The notes: generated by a model from the sequence alone, not told the origin. Positions 8,708-19,152 are shown, counted from the first letter of the stretch. The stretch: DNA of 64,000 nt from an uncultured Pirellula sp. (GCA_964394065.1 CAYMXM010000001.1:46-64045), one strand, 5' to 3'. Program-made: numbers and translations.

Positions 8708-9747
8708 TCTTCCTCTGGCTCTTCTTCGGGGACGTCGCAGTCAACTTGGTAAAGCTCCCACTGTTCGGCAGCCCAGTTGTACTCAGCCCTGGCAGTCGCA
8801 TCGGTTGAGGCAGCCCATTTGTGAGAGTTCTTTGCCTCTACCTCACCGGCAGTGCGTATAGCCTCGTTCAAATATCCATCGATCCCCTCAACGTAATGCA
8901 GTGTTACGTCCGAATCCCCCTCGCCAAAGTCCCCATATACCTTGCCCTTCACGCGAAATGCTTGCCGATCAATCGATTCGATGAAGTAGCGATCTGCAAT
9001 GGCATCGTAGGTAAGGTCAACCTTTGCATCCACGAATCCGCACAGCCGTTTTGGGTTATCTACGTTTAGATAGTCGGGTCCCTCTTCTGGAGTCGTAAGC
9101 GGAGGTGTGATGTCGTTCGGCCATTGCGTGTAGACCTTCGACGGAATCACGTCTACCGTAAGAGTGTCTGGGTTCAACTTCGATTTCAAACTAGCAAGAA
9201 TGTGAGCGGCAGGTTGCTGAATCTCGACAACGATCCATTCCCCGTTTTGCATGACCGCAAAACCTCGCGAGCCGATTCGACCTCTTACTCGCCCAACGCA
9301 CTTAACAACGATCGCCGAACCTACTGAGCCGTCCGGGTTGAGAATGGTTGCGGTCGCCGTGGCGATAGCGTTAAATGCTCCGAATGCTGGAACCGAGGTG
9401 AGGACAAAAGCAGTACCTTCAACGCCACCACCTTCTCCCCGATCGTGCACGCAAATACGTCCATCGATCTCGATGAGCAGCACGGCTTTATTTCCGTCAA
9501 CGGCCGCTCCTCGATTCCAGGCGAGTATTTCGTAGGAGTCTTCCCAGCCCGTTGCGGTAGGGACTTGGACGAAGACCATCCCCGTACCATTGGCTGGTAA
9601 TCCTGCGGGTTTCGTTCTGCCGAACTTCGGCTTAAAGCCTCGACGTTGCAGAGATTGGACGAGGTGTTGTCCACCAGCACCCTCGATCATCCCGATCAAC
9701 AGATCCGCGTCCGTTCGGCCGAATCCAACAATATCCCCGTTCTGCAT
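8704..9747 (-). CDS. Putative tail tip/baseplate-hub protein
   Basis: Position two genes after the tape measure gene; beta-rich composition; translational coupling. Confidence 0.6.
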   Translation of the reverse strand: MQNGDIVGFGRTDADLLIGMIEGAGGQHLVQSLQRRGFKPKFGRTKPAGLPANGTGMVFVQVPTATGWEDSYEILAWNRGAAVDGNKAVLLIEIDGRICVHDRGEGGGVEGTAFVLTSVPAFGAFNAIATATATILNPDGSVGSAIVVKCVGRVRGRIGSRGFAVMQNGEWIVVEIQQPAAHILASLKSKLNPDTLTVDVIPSKVYTQWPNDITPPLTTPEEGPDYLNVDNPKRLCGFVDAKVDLTYDAIADRYFIESIDRQAFRVKGKVYGDFGEGDSDVTLHYVEGIDGYLNEAIRTAGEVEAKNSHKWAASTDATARAEYNWAAEQWELYQVDCDVPEEEPEEE

Positions 9748-9754
9748 AGCCAGA

Positions 9755-10585
9755 CTACCTTAGGAACGAGAACGAAATCTCGCGGTGCGATTTGAATTCC
9801 AAGACGTCGGGATCTGCGCTATCCGGTTTTGCAGTGCCGTCAGGATTGAGTGCCACAATCTTGTCCGTAGGGTGTCTCACTCCCGATATCTTGTGGCTGT
9901 ACCCCATGTCGAGAGGTCGGTTCAGCCACGTATCTTGCTTGTAGGCCACCGAGTAATTGATCCGAACCAGGGAGTGTCCGAAGAAGAAGCCACGTTCGAA
10001 ACTGGTAACCGACAATTTGAGCGTCCGCGCCGCGAAGCCTCGATGCGATGCGGAATTGATGGTGTCGTTTCGATCGCCGATTTCAACATCGGTAATCGCT
10101 GCAGGTTCATACTGAAAGAAGTCGTAAACGATAATAGGGCGTTGCAGAATAAGGGGCTCGGGAAACTTGTCCCCTGCCGAGTTGAGGTAAGGACGCCGAG
10201 GACTTGAGAAGTCCTTGTAGAGAACCTCTGGGTAACTCTCAACTTTCCCCGAATAGACTGGAACCCAAGTGGTCGGATCCGGATCTCCATCCGTTTCTTG
10301 CTTCTCCGACTCCGTCGAGAAATCGGCGTCGACGAACCAGACATAGGGGGAGCCCTCATCCTGCTTCGGATCAAGACCGGTACAGATACACTGGTCATCG
10401 GTATCGGGAATCGTCGTGAGCATGACCCGCGGGAGTCCCACTGTGGCCAGGACGTTCAGCACTGACTCGTTGCGTTGATCCGACAAAACAACGTAACGGC
10501 GACGTTCGGTGTAGACGACATTGGCCCCGCTCTTCCGAACAGAACCACCCTTGCCCTTCTGAACACCCTTCAAAACCGTTGCCAC
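9755..10585 (-). CDS. Putative distal tail protein
   Basis: Directly follows the tape measure gene with stop/start overlap. Confidence 0.65.
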   Translation of the reverse strand: MATVLKGVQKGKGGSVRKSGANVVYTERRRYVVLSDQRNESVLNVLATVGLPRVMLTTIPDTDDQCICTGLDPKQDEGSPYVWFVDADFSTESEKQETDGDPDPTTWVPVYSGKVESYPEVLYKDFSSPRRPYLNSAGDKFPEPLILQRPIIVYDFFQYEPAAITDVEIGDRNDTINSASHRGFAARTLKLSVTSFERGFFFGHSLVRINYSVAYKQDTWLNRPLDMGYSHKISGVRHPTDKIVALNPDGTAKPDSADPDVLEFKSHREISFSFLR

Positions 10586-12840
10586 TATCGAGCCCTCCCA
10601 ATCGTTTGAATCCCCTGAATCGCCGCAAGAATGTCTTGTGAAACATCAACCTGCCTCTCAGAGAGGCGACGCAGTGCGATCTTCTCCGCGTGGTCGTTGT
10701 TCTCTCGATCGAGTAGCAGTTTGTAGGCTTCTACCGATCCGGCCTGAGCACTCACTGCCCCGCGATACTCGGGGGAATCCTTTTGCACGGCTTCGACGGA
10801 AGCCTTGCGTAGAGTCGCACTGTCGATAAGTCCCTGGTCGAAGAGTTGCTGCAACTCGGCGATCGTCTCACGCAACTGAATGGCCGGGTTGAACTGTTTG
10901 GTCAACTCCTCTGCACGCGACTCCAAACGCTTCCGTTCGTCATTCGCCTTGCGCATGGCGTTTGCTTGGTCTGCAAGAGCATCGATCTGCTGAAAGTTCA
11001 ACATTCCTTGAGACCGCAACTCGGCATGCAAAGCCACGCGTTCGCGGATCTCTTGCTCTCGTTCTTCGGCCTGTTTGGCCGACATGGAACCAAGGATCTT
11101 TTGAATCTCGATCTCTTGGCGAATCGAATCAAACTTCTTCTTGATGGAGGCTTCGGCCTGCTGAGCAGCTCGGGCCCGTTCCTCCCCAGCTCGCTTCTCG
11201 GCTTGAGCAGCTTCCTTAGCGGCGTTGGCCGCGTCTTGAGCAGCTTGCTTTTGAGCCTCGTAGGCGGCGAATTCGCTTTCGTTGTTCGACCGGTTCTTTT
11301 CTTTCGCTGCGGCCACCTCGGCGGCTTCGTCGCGGGCCTTCTGGATCGCTTCCATATTCTTGCGACCGGTATCGAACGAGAAAGCCGACTCTATGTCCTC
11401 CCCGACCTCGCTCCAATTCAGTGTGACGATGTTCCTAAGCGTGGTTTGGAGTGCCTGGGAAAGTTCATAGACGTCGTAGATCACCCCGGCGAAGTAGACC
11501 GTGTTATCGACGATAGCCGGTAGATGTTTCAGGTAACCACTAAAGCCGATCACCCCCTCGGTGATGCTTTCGAAGATGGCTTGGAGAACCGGCGACGATT
11601 CCGCCGCGATCTGCCGAAAGGCACCGGTAGCAACCATCTCTAGACGTCCCCAAGCATCGTTTGCAGCACCTACTTGCTCGGCTTGTGCGTCGGAAACGCT
11701 CATACCAGCTCGGTCGGCCCATTCGGCCATATCTCGTAGCGCATCGGGACCATCGCGCAAGCTTGAAACCAAGGCAGCCCCTTGCTTCCCAAACAGCTCA
11801 TAGGCCAGGGTGAGCTGGTCGGTCGGGCTCTGCAACTCCTGGGTCTTGAGCATGATTTCTTCCATCGCCTTGACCGGCCCGAGCTTTAGCAGCTCCCCCG
11901 CCTCAAGGCCGATAGAAGAAAGTCGTTCATGGAGGGGACCAGAACGCTTGGTGGCAGCGTCGGATAGACCGAGCGTCATCTTTTGAATGGCGTTGTCGAT
12001 CGACGCATCATCGAGACCAGAACTCTCACCGAGCGAAAGACGCATCGTGGATAGGTCTCGGACAGACACTCCGAGCTTGGATGCAGAATCGGCCATCTCG
12101 TCAATCACTTCGGCCTGCTCCCGAACTCGCCCCCAGGCGAGCCCCAGCGCTGTGATCGCAGCAATCGCAGCCCCAACGCCGACGGCTAGGGTTGCAGCTC
12201 CTGCAACACCAGCAACCATCGCGACTCGCGAGCTGGTTCCCGCTGCGGCCCAAGTACTTTGGAGAGTGCGAGTCTTGTTGAGCGACTCATCGATCGCCTT
12301 GTTATGCTCCCGCTGAGCATCGATTGAACGCTCTTGGCCGACGATCGAACGAATGAGCCCCGTGGGCCCCTGAGCTGGTCGGGGAATGAGAGCGTTTCCA
12401 GTTCCGATGCGAGGGTCATTGCCAACGACTCGATACTCAACGTCGATGATATCGTCGGCAGAATCGGAGACCTTTTCGAGTTCGCGCCCCATGATGCGAA
12501 TCTCTTTAGTTGCATCCTTGGTCTTCTCCTGAACTTCGCCGATCGCCTTCGCCAGCTTTTGCGCACCGGCGGCTTGGCGTGCCGCGAAGATAGCCTGAAT
12601 GACTGCGGCAGTCGATTGAAAGACTTGGATCCCGGTAGCCACTCCAGGGATCGTGGCCATGATGTCGGAGATGCCGGTGGTGACCGCTACGGTGATCGGC
12701 TCGAACGCGGCCATCGAGTTATTGAGGCTATTGACCTCGGTCGAGATGGCCCGCACTTCGTTGACCGAGTTGCGAATGGCCGCGTCGGCTTGCTGCGTCT
12801 TAGCGCCAAGAACGATATCAAGGTTTTCAACAACGGCCAT
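10585..12840 (-). CDS. Tail tape measure protein
   Basis: 751 aa, Ala-rich and helical; MADSASKLGVS..L motif; hydrophobic stretch; long coiled-coil C-terminus; canonical position. Confidence 0.92.
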   Translation of the reverse strand: MAVVENLDIVLGAKTQQADAAIRNSVNEVRAISTEVNSLNNSMAAFEPITVAVTTGISDIMATIPGVATGIQVFQSTAAVIQAIFAARQAAGAQKLAKAIGEVQEKTKDATKEIRIMGRELEKVSDSADDIIDVEYRVVGNDPRIGTGNALIPRPAQGPTGLIRSIVGQERSIDAQREHNKAIDESLNKTRTLQSTWAAAGTSSRVAMVAGVAGAATLAVGVGAAIAAITALGLAWGRVREQAEVIDEMADSASKLGVSVRDLSTMRLSLGESSGLDDASIDNAIQKMTLGLSDAATKRSGPLHERLSSIGLEAGELLKLGPVKAMEEIMLKTQELQSPTDQLTLAYELFGKQGAALVSSLRDGPDALRDMAEWADRAGMSVSDAQAEQVGAANDAWGRLEMVATGAFRQIAAESSPVLQAIFESITEGVIGFSGYLKHLPAIVDNTVYFAGVIYDVYELSQALQTTLRNIVTLNWSEVGEDIESAFSFDTGRKNMEAIQKARDEAAEVAAAKEKNRSNNESEFAAYEAQKQAAQDAANAAKEAAQAEKRAGEERARAAQQAEASIKKKFDSIRQEIEIQKILGSMSAKQAEEREQEIRERVALHAELRSQGMLNFQQIDALADQANAMRKANDERKRLESRAEELTKQFNPAIQLRETIAELQQLFDQGLIDSATLRKASVEAVQKDSPEYRGAVSAQAGSVEAYKLLLDRENNDHAEKIALRRLSERQVDVSQDILAAIQGIQTIGRAR

Positions 12841-13452
12841 TTAGGAACTCGCGATCGATCGAATGTAGGCAAGAATGCCGTCGGCATAGAGTTTCAACGC
12901 CTGAGACCGCGTGCTACGTGCGGCACGGCGCAAGTATTCCTTAGCGGCTACTTGCCGACGCGTAGAAGCCTTTTCTTTCGAAGCGCGGTAGGCTCCCTCC
13001 CTTTTGAAATAGGCTTCTTGTCGGGCTCGAAATTCCGATCCCCGTTTCGAAAGTGCTTTGGCAGCTCGGGATTCGGCTCGCAACTGACGTTCGAACCGGC
13101 GAGCGATCGCAGCATGCGTGCGTTTGCGTGCCCCAGTCTTCCATCCCCACTCTAAAAACGCACCGTAGAACGTCTTTCCCGAAAACTGGTTATCGCTCGC
13201 AGCGGTGGTGACGCGCGCCCCTACACGAGTCCTCGATCGAGCAATGGAGCGTATTTTGATCGATCGCTTGAGCGCTCCGGATTTAACGGGAGCGTTGGCA
13301 CGTGCTGCGGTCAAGGTAGGCTTCAACGCAGGCCTGGCAGCTTTGCGAATGGCGGCCTTCGCTTGTGCACTCGTTAGCTCGAGTAGCTTGCGGTTCAGCT
13401 CGTCGGTACCCGTGAGGACGATGGTAAACTTCTTTTTACGTGGCTTCGACAC
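12841..13452 (-). CDS. HK97 gp10-like tail-completion protein
   Basis: ARANAPVKSGALKRSI and FYGAFLEWG motifs; GTG start at 13452 with a GGAG RBS. Confidence 0.8.
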   Translation of the reverse strand: MSKPRKKKFTIVLTGTDELNRKLLELTSAQAKAAIRKAARPALKPTLTAARANAPVKSGALKRSIKIRSIARSRTRVGARVTTAASDNQFSGKTFYGAFLEWGWKTGARKRTHAAIARRFERQLRAESRAAKALSKRGSEFRARQEAYFKREGAYRASKEKASTRRQVAAKEYLRRAARSTRSQALKLYADGILAYIRSIASS

Positions 13453-13477
13453 GTTAGCTCCGTTTCCGCGGAATCGC

Positions 13478-14169
13478 CTAAGCCCCGGACGCCATGCACA
13501 TGGCTTCGAACGACTCCTCACCCGCCGCTATCTCTTCGGGTTCGAACCGTATTTGCTCCGGCGCGACGGGGAACTGCGAGGCAAGGGAGGCGTGCAAGTC
13601 GAGCCTTTCGAGGCCCAAAGGCTCCAGGCTATGCAGTTCCCGCAGCTCTGCGTACTCAGCAGAGGTCAGACAGCTTAGCCAAGCGGATCTTGATGGAAAT
13701 CCGAGGTAAAGTGCGATTCGCCATTGCCATCGTCGCTCTTCGTCTTTGGCTCCGTTACCTCGGAGCTTTTTTTTAGTACCTCGTCAACACCGATCAATCG
13801 GTTGGCTCCGTTGCAGACCACCCACAGTCGGCTGATCACTCGGTTTCCGGTTCCAGCAATGAGAATCACCAACTCGTCCAGCTCCTTGACCGAGGTTGCG
13901 ATGCGCACGTTCTTCGAGTCACAGAGACAGTATGCGACCATGAACGAACGCCAGATCTCGCGTTCGTTCTTCTCACTGACTTCGCTTCGCTTGCAGAAGT
14001 CGATGAAAGCGGCATCCATCTCGTCTTTCTCCATTGCCGTTAACGACGCAATGTAAAAGACGGTGGACTCCCCCGCCTCGAAGAGGTGTGCCAGCTCGGG
14101 AACGGCGACCGGGTTGGGGAGGAGTGGCTGGGTTTGTTGTTGACGCAGTTTTTGGAGAAGGTTCATCAT
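13478..14169 (-). CDS. Tail assembly chaperone G-T (-1 programmed frameshift product)
   Basis: A8 slippery run at 13767-13774. The -1 frame reads KLRGNGAKDEERRWQWRIALYLGFPSRSAWLSCLTSAEYAELRELHSLEPLGLERLDLH...SGA* to a stop at 13478. Confidence 0.8.
13675..14169 (-). CDS. Tail assembly chaperone G
   Basis: Between the tail tube and tape measure genes; AGGA RBS before the ATG at 14169. Confidence 0.8.
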   Translation of the reverse strand: MMNLLQKLRQQQTQPLLPNPVAVPELAHLFEAGESTVFYIASLTAMEKDEMDAAFIDFCKRSEVSEKNEREIWRSFMVAYCLCDSKNVRIATSVKELDELVILIAGTGNRVISRLWVVCNGANRLIGVDEVLKKSSEVTEPKTKSDDGNGESHFTSDFHQDPLG

Positions 14170-14206
14170 GGGTCCTAAGTTGAGTTTAAAAGTGAATCGT
14201 GGAGAA

Positions 14207-14668
14207 CTAGACACCAGTCACGGCACGGACCGGTTTGGCAACCACCTTGGCTTCGATTTCCACCTTGATCCCCTCCGTGCGTTTGAGACCGCTCGGCGCG
14301 ATCTTGTTGATGCGGCAGGTGTAGGTGATGGTGTTGTAGGTCCAGGTGGACGCTGCGGGGGCGGTACCGGTGCCCGTTTTTCGCACCGAGACGACGATGG
14401 TGGACTCGCGCTCGCTGATATCGTCGTTGTCAAAGAACGTTTCGATCGCTTGGTCTTCGGCCGAATCGGGATCGTAGTAGCCCGCAATCTTGATGCTCCC
14501 GTAGTCTGGGGGATCGTGATCAAGGCTATCCACTGCAAGATCTTCCATCGTCGTAACGTCGGTCAATCCACGCGTGCGCTCAGGAAGTGTGATTTCGTCA
14601 AGGAATTCGAATGCAGTTCCGTTGATAGAGACTTTGGAACCTGCACCGAGTTTGATCTTTTTAGCCAT
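14207..14668 (-). CDS. Major tail tube protein
   Basis: 153 aa with DVTTMED...DYGSIKIAGYYDP; canonical position. Confidence 0.85.
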   Translation of the reverse strand: MAKKIKLGAGSKVSINGTAFEFLDEITLPERTRGLTDVTTMEDLAVDSLDHDPPDYGSIKIAGYYDPDSAEDQAIETFFDNDDISERESTIVVSVRKTGTGTAPAASTWTYNTITYTCRINKIAPSGLKRTEGIKVEIEAKVVAKPVRAVTGV

Positions 14669-14674
14669 AGGTAG

Positions 14675-15085
14675 TTACTCACATTCAATCACGTAGATTG
14701 TCAAAACGAACGCGTGCATGCAAAGCGCGGCATCACCGCTTGCACTTTCAAACTGATAGTCATCATCCATCTCGCTCAGATCACTGGTCGCAAGAAGCAT
14801 GTTTTCCAACTGCACTCCATCAATGTCGAGTGCCTCGACAAGCGCCGTACAAAACCCTTCGTCGAACTCAGGTGTTAGCACCTCGATAACAAATCGATCT
14901 TCCAGGATGCCGTCCGCATCGAGCATCTTCTCTTGAAACGATCCCCGACGTGTGAACCAGATGTGTGGATACTTGGACGATTGCGGGATCTGCTGATAAT
15001 GAACTCGATTGCCTACCTTGTCGGTGATACCGCTGGTCGCAAGGAGTCGCTGTCGAACGAAATCCGGAACGGTCGCGTAGCTCAT
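14675..15085 (-). CDS. Tail terminator-like protein
   Basis: MSYATV...VGNRVHYQQIPQSSKYPHI; ATGA overlap with the head-closure gene. Confidence 0.75.
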   Translation of the reverse strand: MSYATVPDFVRQRLLATSGITDKVGNRVHYQQIPQSSKYPHIWFTRRGSFQEKMLDADGILEDRFVIEVLTPEFDEGFCTALVEALDIDGVQLENMLLATSDLSEMDDDYQFESASGDAALCMHAFVLTIYVIECE

Positions 15086-15402
15086 CCCTGTCGAATCTCC
15101 GCACAAAGTAGGGTTTGCTCGGTACCGCGTTCGTCGTTCGTCACTCCCAAGATGTTGAGAATGCGACCGCGAAAGAGGATACGATCCTTCTCCACTGCCG
15201 GGCTCCGACGGGTTGTTACACTCACGGTGACTTCCGCGACCAGTTGACGAGCCCGTTCCAGCTCCCGCCCAGTAAGCTCGGTGACCTTGGCTGGGTGGTT
15301 GCTCGCGATTGCCTTCCACTCGGCCTGTTCGTGACCGAGCCGGTCGTAAGACTTCTCTCGACGCTCGATGGTGATTCGATGCCGATACTTCCCAGCGCTC
15401 AT
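15082..15402 (-). CDS. Head closure protein (SPP1 gp16-like)
   Basis: AGKYRHRITIE...G...W...RILFRGRILNI motif. Confidence 0.9.
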   Translation of the reverse strand: MSAGKYRHRITIERREKSYDRLGHEQAEWKAIASNHPAKVTELTGRELERARQLVAEVTVSVTTRRSPAVEKDRILFRGRILNILGVTNDERGTEQTLLCAEIRQG

Positions 15403-16001
15403 TTGGTCACCTCAGCATCCACGTAGTCTTCCGGGGGACGCATCATTTCCAGCATCGCTAGTGTGCCATGCTCGACCTCTTTCGATCCGACTCCAATGAG
15501 TACGGTCTCCCGATTCTCATACCAGTGCGATATCAACATCAGTGCCGCTCGGGTCAAAGTGCGTGGGACGAGCCCCGGTTCAGTCCACCCGGCGCGGAAC
15601 TCGATCGACACCGCATTCGGCGTCGCGCGAGTCGCAGGGAAGGGAGCGTAGTCCGCTAACCGAAGAGCAGCTCGCCCGTTCCCCCGAGGTTGAATCAGTT
15701 GCTCGGTTGGGATCGTTTGGGGCTCCCCCTCCGGATCCACATAGCTGACACTGACGATCTCGCTTACAGGCCAGACCGGGAGCGCGATCGATCCTTGTTT
15801 CCGCGGAAACCGGTCGAGCGTCAGTCGATACCCCGCCACTGCGATACAACATGCCAAGTACTCCTCTATGTAATCGTGGGCCGCCTCGATGGCTTCCGTG
15901 ATCCAGTCGTCGTCGGAAGTATCGGGTATTCTCGAATTGCGTCTAACGCGTTCGGGAGTGACCACCCAAAACGTGTTTTCCGAGATTCTCTCGCATCGCA
16001 T
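15399..16001 (-). CDS. Head-tail connector protein (gp6/gp15-like)
   Basis: DDDWITEAIEAAHDYIE and ALMLISHWYENRE motifs. Confidence 0.9.
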   Translation of the reverse strand: MRCERISENTFWVVTPERVRRNSRIPDTSDDDWITEAIEAAHDYIEEYLACCIAVAGYRLTLDRFPRKQGSIALPVWPVSEIVSVSYVDPEGEPQTIPTEQLIQPRGNGRAALRLADYAPFPATRATPNAVSIEFRAGWTEPGLVPRTLTRAALMLISHWYENRETVLIGVGSKEVEHGTLAMLEMMRPPEDYVDAEVTK

Positions 16002-16243
16002 TCGTAGGCTTCCCTATACAGCCAAAGTTGGCGAAACAAACGTTTCGACTCCGAGTTGAACCGCACCCAGCGTCTAGATGCGATCGCAAGCAGTGGATCG
16101 TCGCATTCCAACTGCATGACACTCGCCCGAGGTTTGACTCGAGCGATCGGGGATCGCAAGAGTTCGACGACGAAGTCGCGGCGGAAACGCCGCGACAGAT
16201 CGAACCAGCTAAGATAGATTTCGCCGAACGACTCTATCTCCAC
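15866..16243 (-). CDS. Hypothetical protein (overlaps the connector 5' end)
   Basis: GGAGG RBS before a GTG at 16243; fills an otherwise empty gap, but has a 136-nt overlap. Confidence 0.35.
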   Translation of the reverse strand: MEIESFGEIYLSWFDLSRRFRRDFVVELLRSPIARVKPRASVMQLECDDPLLAIASRRWVRFNSESKRLFRQLWLYREAYECDARESRKTRFGWSLPNALDAIREYPILPTTTGSRKPSRRPTIT

Positions 16244-16266
16244 GTCCTCCGGATCCAGCAGGCAGA

Positions 16267-16647
16267 CTAGCCTTTGCGAGTCCGACGATTCGGTGGTGGT
16301 GATTGTGGGGAATCCTTATTAGGGAGAGCATCATTCGACGCATTCGGATCGGAAGCACTTTCGTTGCCCTCGGAGTCATCACCGTCGTTGTCGGAACTAT
16401 CGCTGTTCCCTTCGGGTAAATCCTCTTCTGGTTTGACGGCTACCGGTTCTGGTTCGATGGCTACCGGAATTGGAAACCGGTATAGCGTTTCCAGTTGCAG
16501 CTCGGTGGGTTCCGACGTCAATAGTCGACGAGCTTGTCCGGATCTAATGAGGTTTTCGGCCTCGGCTTCGGAAATCTCGACCAGTTGGTCGGGAACGAGC
16601 GCGAAGTCGTTCCCGGCGAGGGAAGCCAACAGAATTACTTGTGTCAT
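16267..16647 (-). CDS. Small post-capsid protein with an acidic low-complexity tail
   Basis: MTQVILLASLAG...EISEAEAENLIRSGQA; typical of the gene after the major capsid gene. Confidence 0.7.
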   Translation of the reverse strand: MTQVILLASLAGNDFALVPDQLVEISEAEAENLIRSGQARRLLTSEPTELQLETLYRFPIPVAIEPEPVAVKPEEDLPEGNSDSSDNDGDDSEGNESASDPNASNDALPNKDSPQSPPPNRRTRKG

Positions 16648-16723
16648 TGGGGGGGAATCCTGCTCGACCGGCCATCCCCGGTCGAGCACGTTAGGAGAAA
16701 AAGAAACGTTCAGTTGAACCGGC

Positions 16724-18199
16724 TTACGCCTGGGTCAGCTTCTTGACTGGGCAAGGTGCATTATTGGTCCAACGTTGGAGGCGACCGTCGAACCCTTGGT
16801 AGCCCAAGAATCCAGTATGCAACGTCTCAGCGAAACGTTCGGTGAGTTTTTGCACCAAAACATTTCCCACCTCACGCGCCTTGTAGTACCCGTAGTCACC
16901 GTAGAGCATGGTGATATTGGTGGTCGCGATCACGTTTTGCATGTACTGGTTGTAGATGATTCCCTGACCGTTCAACGTGTCGGGAATTCCATCTTTCAAG
17001 CCAGACGCCCAGAGGAAGCGTCCGGTGGTATCCTTGAGCAATCGAATCGATTTGATGACTGCGTCGTGAGCCATGTACATCCCGTTCGCTCGATAATGCG
17101 GATCCACCGAATGCTGTAGGTTGATCGTATCGTCCGCACTGATGGCTGCAGCGACCGCAGAGGTCACCCCCGCCGCCGCTTGAACAACGATGCCACCAGG
17201 TTGCGTTGTGCCGTTTCCGAGTGTCGCTCGTTTGAGTTTGATTCTCGCCAGACGTTGTCCGAGCATCTCCGCGACAAGCAAGTCAACGTTCGGTAACGAG
17301 TCACGAGTGAGCTGTAGGGATACCTTGATAAACCCCGATGTGAAGTCGTAAGCTCCCAGCGTCAACTGCTCCAGGGCAGCGTCGGGTTGTGCCAGCGCAT
17401 TGATATCAGCTCCTTCACCGATCTGCTGGCCTTCATTAGCGGTGTCATCACCAACCGGCCATTTCATTTGCTCGCCGGTTTCGGTGCGGATCGTATCAAC
17501 GAACGCAAAGAAGGGGCTCGTAGCGAGCATCGCCATCTCGATGGTATTGATGAAGGTGATCGGAACCAATTCAGCACCGGTTCCCGCACCACCTTTTGAC
17601 ATGCTTCGTTGTTGCTCACCGAGCTTTTCTTCAAGGATCGCGTGGTTATAGACGCGTGCCGCTCGCTGAAAACGTTTGTAGTCTTCGGTTGGTAGGAGCT
17701 TGGCACGAACCACCGAATCACGAGGGTCAGCGTGGAGACGCTGGCACGCGTCCCGCATGCGAGAGTCCAGCAGCCCCGGATTGATGTGAGCAACAATGAA
17801 CGCTCGCATGAACTGTCGGCCGTCGGCTTGCCGCTGTGCAAAGCTACGTGCTTCATCGAGGTCTTCGAAATCCTCCCCGTAAGCCTGTCCGCTTGCTGGG
17901 TTGATGTCATCGAGGCCGGGTTTCTGGCGACCGTGGTGGGTCGATCGACCTTCCCAATCGTTGACCTCAGTGATTCGCGAGTTGATCGATTCGTCATCCT
18001 CGATCGACTTGATCTCGTTCCGCAGAGTGTCGTACTCAGAGTTTACCTTCTCCCACGCGGTTCGCGTCTCATCGGGCCAAAGGGCAATAGCGGGATCTTT
18101 TTCCGCGGCCTTCTTCCGTTCGTTGTAGGCAGTTCCTTGCTTCTTGATTTCAGTAGCAAGCTCCCCTGCCTTCTTTCGTTTCTCCGCTAACACGCTCAT
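16724..18199 (-). CDS. Major capsid protein, HK97 fold with N-terminal coiled-coil scaffold
   Basis: GAELVPITF, VSLQLTRDS, DTTGRFLW, LNGQGI and YGDYGYY motifs. Confidence 0.95.
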   Translation of the reverse strand: MSVLAEKRKKAGELATEIKKQGTAYNERKKAAEKDPAIALWPDETRTAWEKVNSEYDTLRNEIKSIEDDESINSRITEVNDWEGRSTHHGRQKPGLDDINPASGQAYGEDFEDLDEARSFAQRQADGRQFMRAFIVAHINPGLLDSRMRDACQRLHADPRDSVVRAKLLPTEDYKRFQRAARVYNHAILEEKLGEQQRSMSKGGAGTGAELVPITFINTIEMAMLATSPFFAFVDTIRTETGEQMKWPVGDDTANEGQQIGEGADINALAQPDAALEQLTLGAYDFTSGFIKVSLQLTRDSLPNVDLLVAEMLGQRLARIKLKRATLGNGTTQPGGIVVQAAAGVTSAVAAAISADDTINLQHSVDPHYRANGMYMAHDAVIKSIRLLKDTTGRFLWASGLKDGIPDTLNGQGIIYNQYMQNVIATTNITMLYGDYGYYKAREVGNVLVQKLTERFAETLHTGFLGYQGFDGRLQRWTNNAPCPVKKLTQA

Positions 18200-18383
18200 T
18201 TGAACCTATTCCTCGAATGTCGGACCCACTATGAATTGACGGTACATGCCCACCGTCGCGTATGAACGCTGGCAAAAGTGAGAAAGTCCAACGTGCCAGC
18301 GTATAGACGTCTGGCCCGTGAGAATCACTGGGCAATCGGAAGCGGGGAGTATAGCGGGGGCTCTTAACGAGGTTTCAATGTAC

Positions 18384-18959
18384 CTAGACAGGTGCCGTGG
18401 CCGCGTAGGTGAAGAGAATGGTTCCGCTGTCCAAGTCAGTGTTGGAGGAGTTCCGTTCCCGCAGGGCAAAGAAGATCGATCGTTCGACCTTGGTGTAGAT
18501 CCGTGGAATCACGACGGAATAGGACGAACCAGTAATGACGGGTGAAAGCGTAGCAATATGCTTTTGATTCTTGTCGCACAGAACGAAGTCGCAAACGGGG
18601 AGCGTTATCGGATTCAAAGCCCCGTCGAGAACCGTTCGCGTGATTGGAACATCAGCATCGATCGTCACCGTGATCGTGGCAGCCGAGTAGTTTCGATCGT
18701 TCTCACCTTGGCTTGGGAGAACCGCCACTGTCTGAATGTGAAAGACTTGAAGCCAATCGTCCCAGCTCTCGGGCTCTGTGGCTCCCCGAAACAACCGCCA
18801 AACCGTAGCGATCGCAGGGTCGACCTCCACCGCGTAAGATCCCGTTGCCACCTCGATCGGGACACGTTTCGTTTCCTCCCAGTCAGCCAATGAAGAGCCC
18901 TCGGAAAGGACGTAGAAATCCGTGACTCCTGAATCTGCGGTGAAGGTTAGGGTTTCCAT
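18384..18959 (-). CDS. Hypothetical beta-rich virion-associated protein
   Basis: 191-aa ORF in the insert between the prohead protease and capsid genes. Confidence 0.65.
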   Translation of the reverse strand: METLTFTADSGVTDFYVLSEGSSLADWEETKRVPIEVATGSYAVEVDPAIATVWRLFRGATEPESWDDWLQVFHIQTVAVLPSQGENDRNYSAATITVTIDADVPITRTVLDGALNPITLPVCDFVLCDKNQKHIATLSPVITGSSYSVVIPRIYTKVERSIFFALRERNSSNTDLDSGTILFTYAATAPV

Positions 18960-18971
18960 GGTACGTCACGT

Positions 18972-19109
18972 CTATTGGGAACTGGAGAAACTTGAAAGAT
19001 CTACCTCGGTGAGTTAGTATCCCCCACCAAGCGTTGTAACTGTTACGTTGATCTCGCTGATGTAGTCACTCAGCAAGGAGAAACCGGTCGCTCCCCAGTG
19101 CGTACCGAG
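18972..19109 (-). pseudogene. Diverged relic of the 3' end of the Ig-protease gene
   Basis: 46 codons align without gaps to 19153-19290 (27/45 aa identical), with one internal stop. Confidence 0.85.
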
Positions 19110-19152
19110 GCTTCTCCGGTTTGATGCCGATGACCCAGCCGCTACAGAGCGG

